Positions 62,433 to 64,000 of a DNA stretch of 64,000 bases are shown here, piece by piece. The stretch is from Octopus bimaculoides (taxonomy: Eukaryota). Both the position numbers and the translations under genes were made by a program. The notes under the pieces are model-generated. The model saw nothing but the letters and a program-made list of their open reading frames with translations. It made no database searches and was not told where the DNA came from. Location: positions 33,988,329 through 34,052,328 of the forward strand of contig NC_068988.1 of the NCBI RefSeq assembly GCF_001194135.2, in the 5' to 3' direction. Each line of letters begins with the position of its first letter. The stretch's first letter is position 1.

Positions 62433-63416
62433 TGTAGCAGGCCAAAACCTCGAAGTGACCCTGACGACCGCTCTTTTGTAGAATAATCCTCAATACTCCA
62501 CCTATGAATAAACTTAAATTTAATTTCAGATTCAGGCAGCGAAACGGAGAAAATGCAGACTACAAATGTTCTTTAGCTAGGCGATCCTCTGATGTAATAG
62601 TTACTTAACTATGGGTTTTCAACAAGGCTATCATCAGGCTGAGATAAAATGAAGATTGTATTTTCTCGTGGAATTTGCAAGTTAACTCACTGCAGAATCT
62701 TACGTAGTTTCTANNNNNNNNNNNNNNNNNNNNNNNNNNNNNNNNNNNNNNNNNNNNNNNNNNNNNNNNNNNNNNNNNNNNNNNNNNNNNNNNNNNNNNN
62801 NNNNNNNNNNNNNNNNNNNNNNNNNNNNNNNNNNNNNNNNNNNNNNNNNNNNNNNNNNNNNNNNNNNNNNNNNNNNNNNNNNNNNNNNNNNNNNNNNNNN
62901 NNNNNNNNNNNNNNNNNNNNNNNNNNNNNNNNNNNNNNNNNNNNNNNNNNNNNNNNNNNNNNNNNNNNNNNNNNNNNNNNNNNNNNNNNNNNNNNNNNNN
63001 NNNNNNNNNNNNNNNNNNNNNNNNNNNNNNNNNNNNNNNNNNNNNNNNNNNNNNNNNNNNNNNNNNNNNNNNNNNNNNNNNNNNNNNNNNNNNNNNNNNN
63101 NNNNNNNNNNNNNNNNNNNNNNNNNNNNNNNNNNNNNNNNNNNNNNNNNNNNNNNNNNNNNNNNNNNNNNNNNNNNNNNNNNNNNNNNNNNNNNNNNNNN
63201 NNNNNNNNNNNNNNNNNNNNNNNNNNNNNNNNNNNNNNNNNNNNNNNNNNNNNNNNNNNNNNNNNNNNNNNNNNNNNNNNNNNNNNNNNNNNNNNNNNNN
63301 NNNNNNNNNNNNNNNNNNNNNNNNNNNNNNNNNNNNNNNNNNNNNNNNNNNNNNNNNNNNNNNNNNNNNNNNNNNNNNNNNNNNNNNNNNNNNNNNNNNN
63401 NNNNNNNNNNNNNNNN

Positions 63417-63460
<44 letters not shown>

Positions 63461-64000
63461 TATAGCGAAAGAGAGAGAGAGAAAGAGATAGTGAGAGTGA
63501 GATTGACATTGTTTTCTGAGATATTCTGGTAAATTTCTTTTAAAGATTCTTGTATTATATGTGATAAGATTTCAATCAATAAGATTTTAGAGTGGAACAC
63601 TGTTACTCTTCGCAACTAATAAACCATATGTATGAGATGTGATGTCGGGAACATACTCGCAAGAAAAATATAAATTATTAAAATTCATATATGTGTGTGG
63701 GTATGTATGTATATATATATATATTGAAAAGATACTGATAATAGATATAGGCAGGTACCCTTCAAGCATTCTAGTATAATCCAAGTGTTATGATTAACTG
63801 AGTAGAATTGTAAGGAATAACCTAGGATTATTTAAGGTGAACAATCCGAATGTACTGAGTCCGATGGGTGATGGGTAAAATATGGTGTATATATGACTGT
63901 AATGGTAAAATCTGTGAATATAATTCTCCTTATTTATTTGAATTGTCTTGGCTATATAAACACACATACATGGACACAAACGTACATATATATATATATA

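Overview
AT-rich animal genomic DNA from a fragmented draft assembly, with 22 N-gaps totalling about 7.8 kb (about 12% of the window), most of them next to TA/CA/GA or similar simple repeats. The abundant simple repeats and several tRNA-derived SINE families match my recollection of octopus (coleoid cephalopod) DNA; the species assignment is inference. I cannot confidently call any host protein-coding gene. Nearly all ORFs in the supplied track are artefacts of microsatellites, N-runs or antisense TE sequence. What the sequence supports is a transposon graveyard: a piggyBac transposase fossil, two maT/DD37D-like Tc1-mariner fossils, CR1-clade and RTE-clade LINE fragments, three restriction-like-endonuclease (R4/Dong-like) LINE fragments sitting in (TAA)n-type tracts, and about 15-20 SINE copies from at least four families. 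A few splice-site-bounded segments may be exons of an unidentified gene (low confidence). The best second-look items are: (i) a near-canonical minimal type I hammerhead ribozyme motif at 24398-24443 (-), plus a decayed second one; (ii) a recurring tail-to-tail junction of RLE-LINEs with one SINE family across shared TAA/TTA repeats; (iii) a 127-bp foldback; (iv) an 8-copy mixed-orientation ATATTGACAA cluster; (v) several unrelated twin short palindromes that look like templated-insertion repair scars. I found no evidence for a complete novel multi-gene system. TE boundaries are approximate (about +/-20-50 bp) unless stated exactly.
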